This document shows, piece by piece, positions 49,630 to 61,600 of a DNA stretch of 64,000 bases. The position numbers and the translations under genes were made by a program. The stretch is from Paragordius varius (Eukaryota > Animalia > Nematomorpha). Every line of letters begins with the position of its first letter. The first letter of the stretch is position 1. The DNA lies in the NCBI GenBank assembly GCA_964247055.1, contig OZ176054.1, forward strand, positions 3,410,001-3,474,000. Direction: 5' to 3'. The notes beneath the pieces are model-generated. The model made no database searches. It worked only from the letters and a program-made list of their open reading frames with translations, and was not told the origin of the DNA.

Positions 49630-50117
49630 TTTCGTGTCACGTAATTAACTTCTGATTAAAAGTTGTGATGACAACAGTGCCTGAAAAGATCCATGGGTTA
49701 CATGCAATAAGTTCGCCCTTGATTGTTTTCGCAGTTGTGGGATCTATCAGATCGCCCACATTCCCTATTAAACTCACAATTTTTTTTTGAAACGTGTTTC
49801 ACATCCTTTTATTGGTGATGCATGTTCTCACCATATGTGTATGCCACAAACGATAACTTTCAATAGCCCTTTTCTTCTATCCTTTCTCAGGCGCAAAGTT
49901 TGGCATGATTATACCGAATAATAAAATAAGATGATAGTTTTGGGGGCAACTTGTGCGTGTTTGTCGCAAATGTCAGATGAACAAAATGGGGCATCTATTA
50001 AATTAATCGTCCGGATACTTTTTGCTGAGTTAGTTAAAACCGGTATCTTATGACTTCACATTGCAAAACTCTAAACCTCAAACGCGGCATGGAGACGGCT
50101 ATTGAGTCGACACGATA
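49630..50117 (-). mobile_element. Internally deleted mariner (Mos1-like) remnant
   Basis: From ATG 49906 the - strand gives MPNFAPEK..KKRAIESYRL, then with frameshifts YGE..CETRFKK, resembling the Mos1-type N-terminus (MSSFVPNK..KKTAAESHRM..FGE..CERWFQRFK). Ends TA|TTTCGTGTC and TA|TATCGTGTC (reverse complement). Confidence 0.6.
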
Positions 50118-51303
50118 TACTTTAAACTAAAAATGTGCTGAATTTTGTTAGATAATATTGGTTTTTGAAAAACTTATTTTCTCGAAATTTAATTTTATAA
50201 TTTTTTTATCGCGCGATCGCAGTTTTTTCCTTTAAATAAGGATTTACATATTCCAGATTCCTGCCAATTAAAGCTCATATGATAGAATTTGACAAAGATT
50301 TAATTTGATTAATTTTACATATAATTAAGTAATTTCTCCCTTCCAAAAAATCATCTGTAAAATGAGCACCAAGGCAAAAATTTAATATATCAAACAAATT
50401 TTAAGCATGATAATACCAAAACACTATAAGAATTCTTAAATTAATTAGTCAAAGAATGCTTATATTGCCATATTTTGTTTTCCATTTCGTCACATAGTGT
50501 GATGGCTTGTATGCGCGTCTAAACACGTAAAAATTAAAAGAGTACGGTCCATATTTTTGCCATAACACGGTAAAGAAAATTAAACTCAATTCATATTTGT
50601 AAACTCTGAGAGTTTTTAAAACAAGTTTTTAAGCCGAAAGATAGCCTTAACTTAAACTGTTAAAGTCTAAAATTATATTAGTTAAAAATGTAATAAATTA
50701 AGGTAAAAATATATTTAGATATTGATGGAGATTACTGTATACATTTATATATGAAAAAATGATTACTTAAAAAGTATAATGCATTTTCCCCACATTGGAT
50801 GATGGCAAAAAATTATCATTAAAAAATATTTATTTTATAAAGTTAAGAATAAAAAATTTATAGACATTACAACACGCACAAGCATAAATGTGAGAAATGC
50901 GTTTTTTATAGACTAAAATAAAAACTTGTGGTATGAAATCTTTTTTATTACAATTAGATTTACGATTTTGTACGTCTTACATTTCTGTTGCACTCTCTCC
51001 ATGTATGTGTACTCTTGAAATGTATAAAAATATTTTTTAATTTATTTCAGGGATACTATGTAACATCTATCTATATCTGGTTTCCACAAAATTAAGAAGC
51101 TTCGATTAGTAATTAATTTTGTTTTTTATAGCATTCGAAAAATCCACATAATGTTTTTTCAATGCCTAAAGGCCATATCCAAAAAATACCACATACAATG
51201 TAGCAATCAATGATGATGATGATGTCTCTTCTAATTGATTTTTACTAACGGAATCTCCCTATATATATATAATTTAAAAATATCACAAATTGTTCGGTTT
51301 CCA

Positions 51304-54300
51304 ATGAAAATTAATTATAATACCTATGGAAAATGTTTATTTGTCTTTCCGTATCGTAGGGAAAAAAACTATCTTTTAATACCCTATTGTCTAGTTTTCA
51401 CATATCTGATCCTTACATGTATTTCATATACACAAGCATTTAAACATAGACATCATCACTTTTATCAAGACCCAAACGGAACAGAAAAAGATTCTATGCG
51501 GTCAAAACGCAAAATATTTGGCGACACTTTTGATTTAAATCTTGTCAATGCTCCGACTCAAAATTACAAGAGTTGTGAAAATATACGTATCCCCATATGT
51601 CAAAATCTACCCTATAACACAACCAAATTTCCAAATTATTTCCTTCAAGTTAGCCAACAAAATGCCAGACTCCTTATGGACAATTATAAATTCATCATAG
51701 ATGTGGGGTGTAGCAAAGATCTAGTATTTTTTCTCTGCTCTCTTTATGTGCCCATATGTAGAGATCATTTTATTATGCCACCGTTCAAGGCTCAAGACAT
51801 ATCTAATGAAAACACACGGAGACATAACAATGATGCAACTTTGGGTAAGCAGCTACTCTCATCTAATGGACAAAATATTCCTTTTTCCCCTGCTTCCTCG
51901 TTGTATGGCGATAATGTAAAAAATTTCTACCCAAATTACGCCATGAGTGATGACACAAACGCTCTAAATTCAGAATTTACGCCTTTATTAAAAAATGACA
52001 ACGGCAAAAAATATGAACATTCCTACCCATCAACCAACTATTTTAATTCCGTTTATGGAACCGATCAATTATCCTACACCCTGCCAAAATTTAATAATTT
52101 ATTGATTGGTTCCTCATTGTCAAATGATAGATATGGACAACATTCTTTGATTGATATCATACTGCCTTGTCGACACGTTTGTCAAAGTGTCCGTTTAGGT
52201 TGTGAAGCATTTATCAACAAGTTGGTTTTTACTTAACTTTTGTTCACAAAAAAATTTAATCTTAAGCGCTTTTAATCTGTTAAATACATTTTGTGCGTTT
52301 AATCTAAGTATTGATTATTTATATGCTTTCACAAAATGATTAATATTTTTTATATAAAATCTAACTGTGCACACAAATTTTAACCTTTGTAGTTATTTCT
52401 TTCTCCTTTACCACTTCCAAAGTTAAAAAAGATTATTTAAAATTATTAAAATTTCAACTTATGTGATCAACTGGGAAATGCGGACTTTATAATTTTTAGT
52501 GATGAAATTAGATATTTTGGGTAAAAATAATAAAATAAGAGATATACAGTAAGACCTCTTTTTATATAGGATAGGAAAATACTAATTTTAATTAGATATG
52601 AAAATACCACCATGAAAAATTTTTCTGCGAAAAAACGAATCCCCAAAAATTTCATAATTATTTTTAGTCCTAGTTAAAATACTAAAAAAATCAATATGGA
52701 TCTAGGTATTCCGAATATAAAAGCAAAAATTTTAGCCCTACTTATGAAAATACCGTGAGTGGCTTTTTTGAGTAACTAGATCTTGCACTATCAATTATGG
52801 TATATTTCGTGTAGCAATTTAGTCAAGCGTTTTTTTAAAGTTAACCCATGGTTAGGACTCTTTCCATGTAAAATAGGCCACCATACAAAACGTTGCTTTG
52901 AAGCCACTATTCGGAAAAATATGAGACCATATTGATTTAATAATGGTTTTAAAATATTTCCCTACACAAGCAACAAGCGCTTTTTAATGAGCCGCAGGAT
53001 AAGACTTAATCCTAACTTAAGCCATCATATAAAAATAACGCGGATTCAATATTGTCATATACCTATACCGTGCATTTTTTTAAATTGACACTTGGGTACC
53101 TCCGTTGTAAAATGCGAAGCAAGCGTATATTCAATCAATTTAAATAAGCCCGTGGTGCAACCCACCCAGTGTAAAAAATATTGCAAAAGATCAAACCCCT
53201 AAAAATGTTTTGCAATGCAAAAGAGACCATATCTATATTGGTAGGCACATGATAATTTGCCCCAGTACAAGTTCTTATCTATGTAAAAGCAGCAGCCCTT
53301 TAAAATCATAACTTTGAAACGATATTCCTGAGAACATCAGCGAGATGCGATTTTTTTAATATTTTTTAAATGGTAGTTAAGAAACTATTTTAAGAAGCTT
53401 ATTTACTCAGGTTTTTTTTCCTATTTACATGTTTAATTGTTAAATTGTTGTGGAGCTAATAAAAAGAAAAAATTTAACCAACGAAGATGTTAATTAATCC
53501 ACTTTTACCAAATTAAAAAACCGAAACGGTTAATGTACTAGGTGTGGTTACTGTTTATTTTACACCATTATAGAAGTTTTCAAACTAATTAATTACCGAC
53601 TTGTAAAAAACGATCATATATTTCTAAAGAATTAAAAATAATTGCAAGTTAATTATATAATTTGAAGGAAATTAAATTTGATATGCCTATAATAACTGTT
53701 ATTCACAGGTATTTTTGTGAATCCTTTTTATGTCATATGCGAAAAGAGCCCTTAATAAAAAATATGTATATATATATATGATGTTTTATATTGCAAATAT
53801 ACTACTTGAACCATAACATATACACACAACTTACGAATATTTAATTTGTTCTAAACAGTTTTTAAAACCTAAGCTAAACTACAAATTATATGTGTTGTGG
53901 TATCATTTTACAGACATAACATAAGTTGGCCTGCTGAATTGGAATGTGACAGGTTCCCCTTGTATGAACTCGATGTCTGTATTTCGCCCCAATCCATTGT
54001 CAATGATGTCAAACCACTAACATCTTCAGTACCCTTTTTTCAACACAATACAAATATCAATAATGGGGATAAAAATTTTAACAAGCAAAAAAACATTGGA
54101 GTAGTACAACAGTATTCACAACACTCACAAACTTATCAAAGTAAACGAAAAGAACAAAATATTTTTTTCGCTTTTGATTAATGACTATTACTTAACTTTT
54201 CTTGACACATGAAATGATGATGGTGGTATGCGTAAATTCAAATCTGTAATTTGTAACTTAAGTTTTTTGTTATATATAAATTTATATTAATAAAAATATT

Positions 54301-55373
54301 TTTTAATAGTAGGTTTCTTTCAAAGTTTATTATTTAATTAATTCGTTAATGTTAAAAAATTATAATTATAATATATATATGTGTGTTATATTTGGAGTAA
54401 TCAGGGGATTATGTCTTGGGAATTAGTGATAAATCTTTTTATTAGAATGATGATAATGATTTTCTATTTTATTAGATTGTGAGTGTCCAAAGGCAAATAA
54501 ATTACGGAAAAATGTTCTCAAAAAAATGCAATATAATTTTAGTAAGTAATTACATAGTATAATGAAAAGTTATTTTACATTAAAAATTAATTTATAAAGA
54601 CAAAAGGTAAACTAAAACACTAACATTTTTTATCAAGAAAACTATATGTTTTGCTTGATTTTTATTTTCACCAAAAAAATTAAAAATCATAAAAATATAG
54701 GATTGAGTATACAAATTACAGTATGAGTAAGTATACATTGCTGGAAAGTTATTATTTGCCAAATAGCACATAAAACAAAGGGGGCTTATAGTTATTTATT
54801 TCACTTTTACTATTATTAGTCAATAATAATTCTCTTTGCGGCATATGCTATTTGGCAATAATTATTAACTTTTTAGCAATTAATACTTACTCTTACTGTA
54901 TTTCTTTCGTATTTCGCAACCAATTTTTTGGTGATATCAAAAAATAACGAATAAAAAATTGTTATTAAATAATATAATTCTTTTACCTTTGTTTTGTCTA
55001 TAAAATTATCATTGTGTTGGGCCTAATTAATTGTTAATATTTTTTAGTAATTAAAGCCAGAGTCTTAGGGAAACTTAATTCAAACTCAAACACCACCAAC
55101 AGTATTCTAAAAATCACAGCCTTAGATATCCTTTACAGTCGTAAATCAAGGATCTTAAAGACAAATCCCACATATTTAATTGTTAAACATCATTGCATCT
55201 GTCCAAATAATATTCAACTACACCAAGATTATTTAATCGCCGGTTTTAGCAATAAAAATAAATCTATGGGAATAAAACTCCAAAATGTATGGACTCATCT
55301 ATACTCTAACACAGATAGTATTATTTTGCTATGGAACGATAAATTTTTGGACAAAATAAAAGTAATTTTCAAG

Positions 55374-55405
<32 letters not shown>

Positions 55406-55523
55406 TTTACAGCTAAAATTTACCCTTGAACATTTCTTAGTTACTCTATACCATTTTGTACAAATTAATTTAATATAGAAATGGTTAAAACGATTGCCTA
55501 CAAAGAACCAAAAACCCAAATAA
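51304..55523 (+). CDS. FRZB: Secreted frizzled-related protein, sFRP3/4 (Frzb)-like: CRD plus NTR domain, about 522 aa
   Basis: Exons 51304-52220, 53914-54140, 54476-54541, 55048-55361 and 55479-55523 join in phase (1569 nt). CRD: CENIRIPICQNLPYNTTKFPN..CSKDLVFFLCSLYVPIC..PCRHVCQSVRLGCE..SWPAELECDRFPLYELDVCISPQSIV (Frzb-type tail). NTR: CECP..YNFIIKARV..CICP..DYLIAG..W. The start codon is inferred. Confidence 0.88.
52850..53160 (+). mobile_element. Possible heavily degraded LINE (CR1/L2-like) RT C-terminal fragment
   Basis: GC-elevated intronic segment with RDHIDLIMVLK, resembling the RxRGDLIxVFK motif; many stops and frameshifts. Confidence 0.3.
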
Positions 55524-56989
55524 CTGATTTTTGCTTCCAAAACTGCACCACCCTAAAAAAATTATTTATGGATGATGTTGCCCACAAAGTTGGATGTAAT
55601 ATACTTATAAATTTAATCAGTATTTATATATGAAAAATAAAACCCTTTATTAATTATCCTAATAATTGCAATTTAAAAGGTTTGAAAAAGATATTTTTAT
55701 AATACTTTAAGATTTACACAATAAACAAATTATTTGAAAAATTCTGGGAATCTAGGATTTGTTAAAAAATAATAATTTGAGGATCAACAAAACATGCAAC
55801 GGTTTAACAAACAAACGTTAGATTGAATATGTTAGTAAAGTATATGACAGCTAATTAGCGGCTTTTTGTGAGTTAATTGAGTTAAAATCGTAATATTTTA
55901 GGTACATACAAACTATAGTGATGAAATAAATGAATAAAAATTTTATTAGGCGGATGAGACCTAAAAATATCTTATTTTATCGTTTGTTCGACTAACATAT
56001 ACAAAATTTTTTGGAACTGACTATGATGGAAATAAATGTGCTCAAAACGCGATTTTCCACGAGGTAGGATAAGGGGTTATTTAAAAACTAACATAATCAG
56101 TGAATTAATATGAAATTCTGATGTCATTAATGAATAAATTTGGATAATTTAAACGTTTACCATTGAATCGCATTATAATTTAAAAGAAAAACACCAAGCT
56201 ACATTGCCATACGGGGATAAGTAAAACCATGATTGAGTTCATATAGAATAGTGGTACTCAAACCGCTGGCCGCATGCGGCCTAAGAGTGCTTTAAAATTG
56301 CCCTATGACCATATTGATACTTAAATTATTTTTTTATTGATGATTTTTTAAAATACACATAAACGAATTTTCTCTTATTTAACACTTCGATTCAAATTGG
56401 GTCTAAATACCCCAAACTAAATTTGAGTTAGGATTTTTGAAAAACTACCGAAGGAAACGGTCGCAATTTATATTTATGCTTCTATCCTAATAAAAATTAT
56501 ATATATATATATGCCAAAATATCTAAATAAAATTTTGTTTTGATAGAAAATTTCCACGTCAAACTACTTCGACGCCATTTTTATTTCACAAAATTTTTGC
56601 AAAATATCGACTTTATTTGATTTTAAGGGTAAAATTAAAGCTAATTTTTTATTTAAATTACACCTAACATTGATAGAAATAGTTAAAGCGGTTTATTTTA
56701 TATTATTTTTCAATTTTCTTATTGCATACATGTCACGTCTATATTTTTACCTTTTCGTTTTAGCTTAAAATAAGTAATATCAAGTATTTTTCAATAAAAT
56801 TTTTTATATATTTCGGTTTATATAAGTAAGGTGACCAGATTTTTTGAAGGAAAAAGCGGGACAAATCTGAGAAAGGGGAGGGGGGGTTCCAAAAATTTTT
56901 ATACAAAAAATTTATTGTAGTATTTATTTATTTTTAACACAAATACATTATAAATATAAATAAATATTCAATTCCTTGGTATTTTTTAA

Positions 56990-58715
56990 TTGAGTGAATG
57001 CGTTTTAGCAGATTGTCATCATTTTATAAAATATTGTAGAAGTCTTCACAAGAATTTGTTAAATTATATTTGACAGATAAAATGGTAAAGTTTTAACATT
57101 TAAATTTGATTTTTCCGATGTCCACATCTGATTTACTGTGGAAAAAACGCACTCAGTAGCAGCGTTGGTTCCACGTAAAGATATGGCAAATTCTACAATT
57201 TTTTAAATATTGTAGGGAACATAGTTTGTTTCAAAATGATGAATTATTTCTAACCATTTATTTTCGACTATATTTTTTTCTGTTGTCCATAATTTAAGTT
57301 TTTCATTATTAATATATTTTATCTAATGATATTTTAGAAAAAAGATATTTTCTGAAAGGTTACTTTTTGAGAATTTGGGAGATGCAGAAATGATCTTTGA
57401 ACATCGCACCAATTAAATTGTTTCAATGTTATCCAATGAAAATGATCAATTTCATTAAATTGCACCGTCCAGTCTTTCAATAATCTTTACAGTTTGTATA
57501 AAACATTTTTAATGGTACAAGATATCTTGGCGATTTATTAAGCCTTGTTTTTTATAATATTGCGAATGGTTACTGGTATAAAATTATTTTATAACCTTTC
57601 TTGACATTGGAATTTTAGGTTACTAACTTCATTGGCTACTTCGATTGCCGAAGTTTTGTCACTTTCTATCAATTTAATAACATTTTGAAAGAGAGAAGCT
57701 TGATTATGTAGGAACTCTAACCATATTGAAGAATCACTTTCAAAAAACTTTTCCAAAGTTGTAGGACATTTGTCCTGTGATAAAAAAAAGGATTTTAAAG
57801 GATCATATTTTAAAATTCCTTCGATGAAGAGCAAACCAACGAGTTTTACAATATCCAAGCATTTTTTAATATTGAACTTCTGTTGACAGATTTTCTTAAG
57901 CGTTTCAACGCGTACCGTTTATATAAAAATAGGAATATACCTTAACAACTACATTTTCCACATCTAGGGGTAACAAATCAGCAGCTGTTTGAATAGCGTT
58001 GTGTGTTATATGCGCTACACACCCAACGTCAATAATGGATTAAGATTATCTGCTAATTACTGAAAATTATTTTTTGTTTTCCTCCTTGCTTTTCCACCGA
58101 AGTTTTTGTGATGTCACCGCACTTTTAAATTATTTTTTCCTAGAATATTCATTATTGAAGTAAAATTATGTCGGAATTCGCACCGAGTAGAGAAATAAAA
58201 TTTAAAATTTTAATTTTACTCCGGTTTCTGGACCAAAATATTTTATTAACGTGGGAAATATTTTTGTTTCCTGATTTGATACATCAGAGTATGGCGATAT
58301 GAAATTATTCAGGAAATCTTTTTGTATTCAGAAAATGCATGTGGCGAAAGGACAATGCATACAATGGCTTCAGCCTTTGTACGGGCACGAATAACATGTG
58401 AGGTACAATTCATAGATCTAAAGGAATGATTGTGATTAACGCGTGAAAAGATAAAACGCCTTGGGCTAGTGCCAAATTCTTTTCTTCCTCTCCAAAAGCG
58501 GTTTTACGATAAAAATCGCTCAATTTGTAAGATGATGCCACCATATCTAAACACTTTTTATGTTTCTGTGTTTCCATATGCTTTGTAATATCATGCTTAC
58601 CGCCATGTGGTAGGGTGACCCTCTAACATAAAGCATTTAACAGATTCATTCTTCTTTTTTGACAAAAGGAAATTCTTTCATTAAATCATCGTTAAATTTA
58701 CAACCTCTTTTTGTA
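56990..58715 (-). pseudogene. hAT transposase pseudogene
   Basis: Fragments KRGCKFNDDLMKEFPFVKK, HGGKHDITKHMETQKHK, NHNHSFRSMNCTS, ORF 57858-57589 (YDPLKSFFLSQDKCP..WLEFLHNQASLF) and dimerisation-like GTNAATECVFSTVNQMWTSEKSNL, separated by stops and frameshifts. Confidence 0.85.
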
Positions 58716-58731
58716 CTATATTTTAAACTAA

Positions 58732-59319
58732 TCTATATATTTATAAAAATGGAAAATGCTGGCTTTGTGATCTGGTACCGGAAAACCTGTAGATGCCTCT
58801 AAATCCAAACTTCGAAAAAATATAATCATTAATGAATGCCCCGACAATAGCTTCGCCCTTTTTTGAAATAGGCCCCCAGTTCGGGCCCACCCCATGTGAA
58901 AAAAGGGTTTTTTTGAAAACAGAAGTCCACAAAAATCGTGTCTTTGAGACAATTTCTGGAGAACCCTTGGACCATTCAATTTCAAATATGATTTTTGTTT
59001 ACTTATTTTCGATTGCGCCGAACATAGTCGTCTCGCTTTTTTGATTTAGGCCCTCTTTTTACCCGCTCCCTTCGTAAAATGCCATTTTTTTCAAAAAATA
59101 AAGTCCACAAAAATAATTTTTTAATTCTATTTTTCGCCCTATTAAACAATATATTAGTATGAATGCTCCGTTTTATTCCTATAAAATCATATCTATTAAA
59201 TAATGTTTCGAAATAATCCACATATGTGGATCATTTTATTGTCCCTTATTTCAAATAGCCCTCCCCCAGAAGTCCGAAGGACTTCCTCTGGCTGCGTAGC
59301 AGCACGAGATTTACGCTAG
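58732..59319 (+). mobile_element. Non-autonomous Helitron, short copy (588 bp)
   Basis: Canonical A|TCTATATATTTATAAAA 5' end; hairpin GCTGC-GTA-GCAGC ending 12 bp before the terminal CTAG|T; inserted between A and T with no TSD. Homologous to both ends of 11042-13249. Confidence 0.85.
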
Positions 59320-60199
59320 TATTAATATAAAAAATATTCTATTACCTTAATTTTCTGGAGTAAACGTATAAGCTACCGATTTGTGATATTTATTTGATAA
59401 TGTTGGCAGTAGGATTAGGAAGCAAAGTGTATAATCATATGATATAAATTTGAAAAAAATAAATATTTTTAATTTAAAAATAAAAAACTTTAATTTAAAA
59501 TTGATACAGATTTTAAAAACTAATGATAAAAAATTTAAACGGATAAAAAAAATAATTTTTTTTTAAAAATTTAAATGTATTAAAAAAATTTTTTTTTATA
59601 TAATCGTGAAAAAGCGGGACATTTCAAAAACGCAGCGGGACGCGGGGCAAAGTGTTAAAAAGCGGGACGTCTGGTCACCTTATATATAAGTGCTAAATTT
59701 TGCCATGGTTTCGATTCCTTGCATATTTTTTGAAGGATTTAATTTTAAACAGGCCTGGGATATTTAACTACCCCAATTTGAATCGAAGGACTAAAATGTA
59801 TGTTTTGTATCCAAGTGTTAAGTATTAATTTTCGATTTAAATGGTAATTTATATTTTTTACCCAATTAATAAATTTCCCTACATTAAGTTTCAAAATTTT
59901 GGCACACGTTGTTTCTGGTATTCTATTTTCTTTTCTATTTTTAAATTTTTATTGTATTACTTTTTTATTTGAGAAAGCCTTTCACCCAAACTTGCATATA
60001 CATATTCTTTCGATTGCTGTCCTATATCATTTTTTTATAACTTCCCATATAATATTTTTCAAATCAGCATATTAAATTTTGACCTGTTTTTTATAGAATA
60101 AATTAAATTATATTCCTAATTTTTTGAAAAATTTACATATTTAAACATAAATTTAAAGGAAGACATCTAATGCTATAAATTAATTATCTGTTTAAAATC

Positions 60200-61600
60200 G
60201 CTCCTTTAAAATGAATGGGAAGAATTCTTTGTCGTTTTAAATAAAAATGTTATATCATGTTAAATGTAAGGACAACATATTTCAAAAAATACAATATTGA
60301 AAGACATTTTATAATCTATCATTCTCATAAATTACCAGAATATTATGAGGAAAAAAACGAAAAATATAAAAAACCTAATTAATGAGGCATATTTGAAATT
60401 TTTACCAAAGAATAATACACGAAAGGAAATAATTTTCTCGAAATAATTAGCACTTTTTCGATAATAATGGTATATCTATGAGAAAAATGGTTTCGATCTG
60501 CACAGACGGATGTCTTTCTATGATTGAAATAAACAAATTTATTTCTCTTTTGAAAAACAAATATAATTTGCAAAATATTTCTTTCAATGCTTTATTAATC
60601 AGCAAAACTTGGTTGGTGTAAAAGATGAATCACTCAATTCAGTAATTAAAACGGTTGTGGATATATACCATTTGCACTTCAAGAGTGTCCTCAAACACTC
60701 AAGTTGGTCCTTGAACAATTCAAATTGGTCCTTGTACACTTCAAGTTGCTCCTTGAACATGTCAAGTTGGTCTTGATCACTTCGAGTCGGTCTTTGACTT
60801 TTTTGTTTTGTTTTTAATTTTCATCAATCGAATCGTATATCATTCATATATTTTATGGTTTTTAACCTATTTTCTATTATCTACAATAAATTTTAAATAT
60901 CAACTTTAATCATTCAGAAATCGTATATCTTTAATAATTTCTTAAAATAATTTTGGAAATTTATAAAAATTTAACGCATAATTATAAAATATATAAGTTT
61001 TCTGGGTTGTTATTTACAATTTTTCATTGAAAACATACAAAAGTAATAATTTTGTTAAATTGGAAAAAAAATTAATTTCAAATAAAAAAGTGGTTTTTGA
61101 ATAAAAATTTTATTTTTAAATGAATAAATATATAATAAATAAAGAAAATTAGGTAAAAAATAATAAAATATAAAAATAAATGCAAAATTATGGTTAAATT
61201 CGAACTTAAAAATTTTAAGGACCAATTTAAAGTGTTCAAGGACACTCTTGAGGTGCAAATGTAGTTAACCACATCTGTGGCAGAGAATTCAACCGCCGTA
61301 AATTCAAAAACATTCTGAAAGATATCCACAGTGAGTTAGACAATATTCTTTTGTATAACGCTGTGAGATGGCTAAGCCTTGGCAAAGTATCAAATGGATT
61401 TTTAGTTTTAAGACATGAAATTATATTATTTATAAATGATAACAGAAAGTTTGACGAGGAAATTAATAGTGACAAATGCTGGCTTTGAATTAATTTTTCA
61501 GCATTAGTTTTTTTATAAAAATGTCATAAAACACCACGGGCACCAAATACAGGGTTTAATAAAAAAGTGCATGAGCTATGTTCACCATCTTCTTAAGATA
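60200..61600 (+). pseudogene. Buster/Charlie-type hAT transposase remnant (GTF2IRD2/FAM200/ZBED5-like), split by a MITE
   Basis: Fragments TKGNNFLEII, FDNNGISMRKMVSICTDG (catalytic D), FQCFINQQNLVG..SVIKTVVDI, then after the MITE VNHICGREFNRRKFKNIL..LLYNAVRWLSLGKV..LRHEIILF, matching the family motif LLYHTEVRWLSRGKVL. Confidence 0.8.
60666..61261. mobile_element. TA-targeting MITE with 21-bp subterminal repeats, inserted in the Buster transposase
   Basis: Ends TACCATTTGCACTTCAAGAGTGTCC / GGACACTCTTGAGGTGCAAATG; about 5 TTGAACACTTCAAGTTGGTCC-like units on the left; removing it restores the codons GAT ATA GTT AAC (DIVN). Confidence 0.8.

Larger units (their letters stand above)
56827..59682 (-). 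mobile_element. hAT DNA transposon with pseudogenised transposase, interrupted by a Helitron
   Basis: Perfect 13-bp TIR TAAGGTGACCAGA / TCTGGTCACCTTA; perfect 8-bp TSD TATATAAG at 56819-56826 and 59683-59690; CGGGAC subterminal motifs. Confidence 0.92.

Noticed and set aside
58728-59221. Four short ORFs on both strands
   Set aside because: They lie within the non-coding Helitron copy and show no RepHel similarity.
59700-59725. GGTTTCGATTCC resembling a tRNA T-loop
   Set aside because: No cloverleaf, D-arm or A-box upstream.
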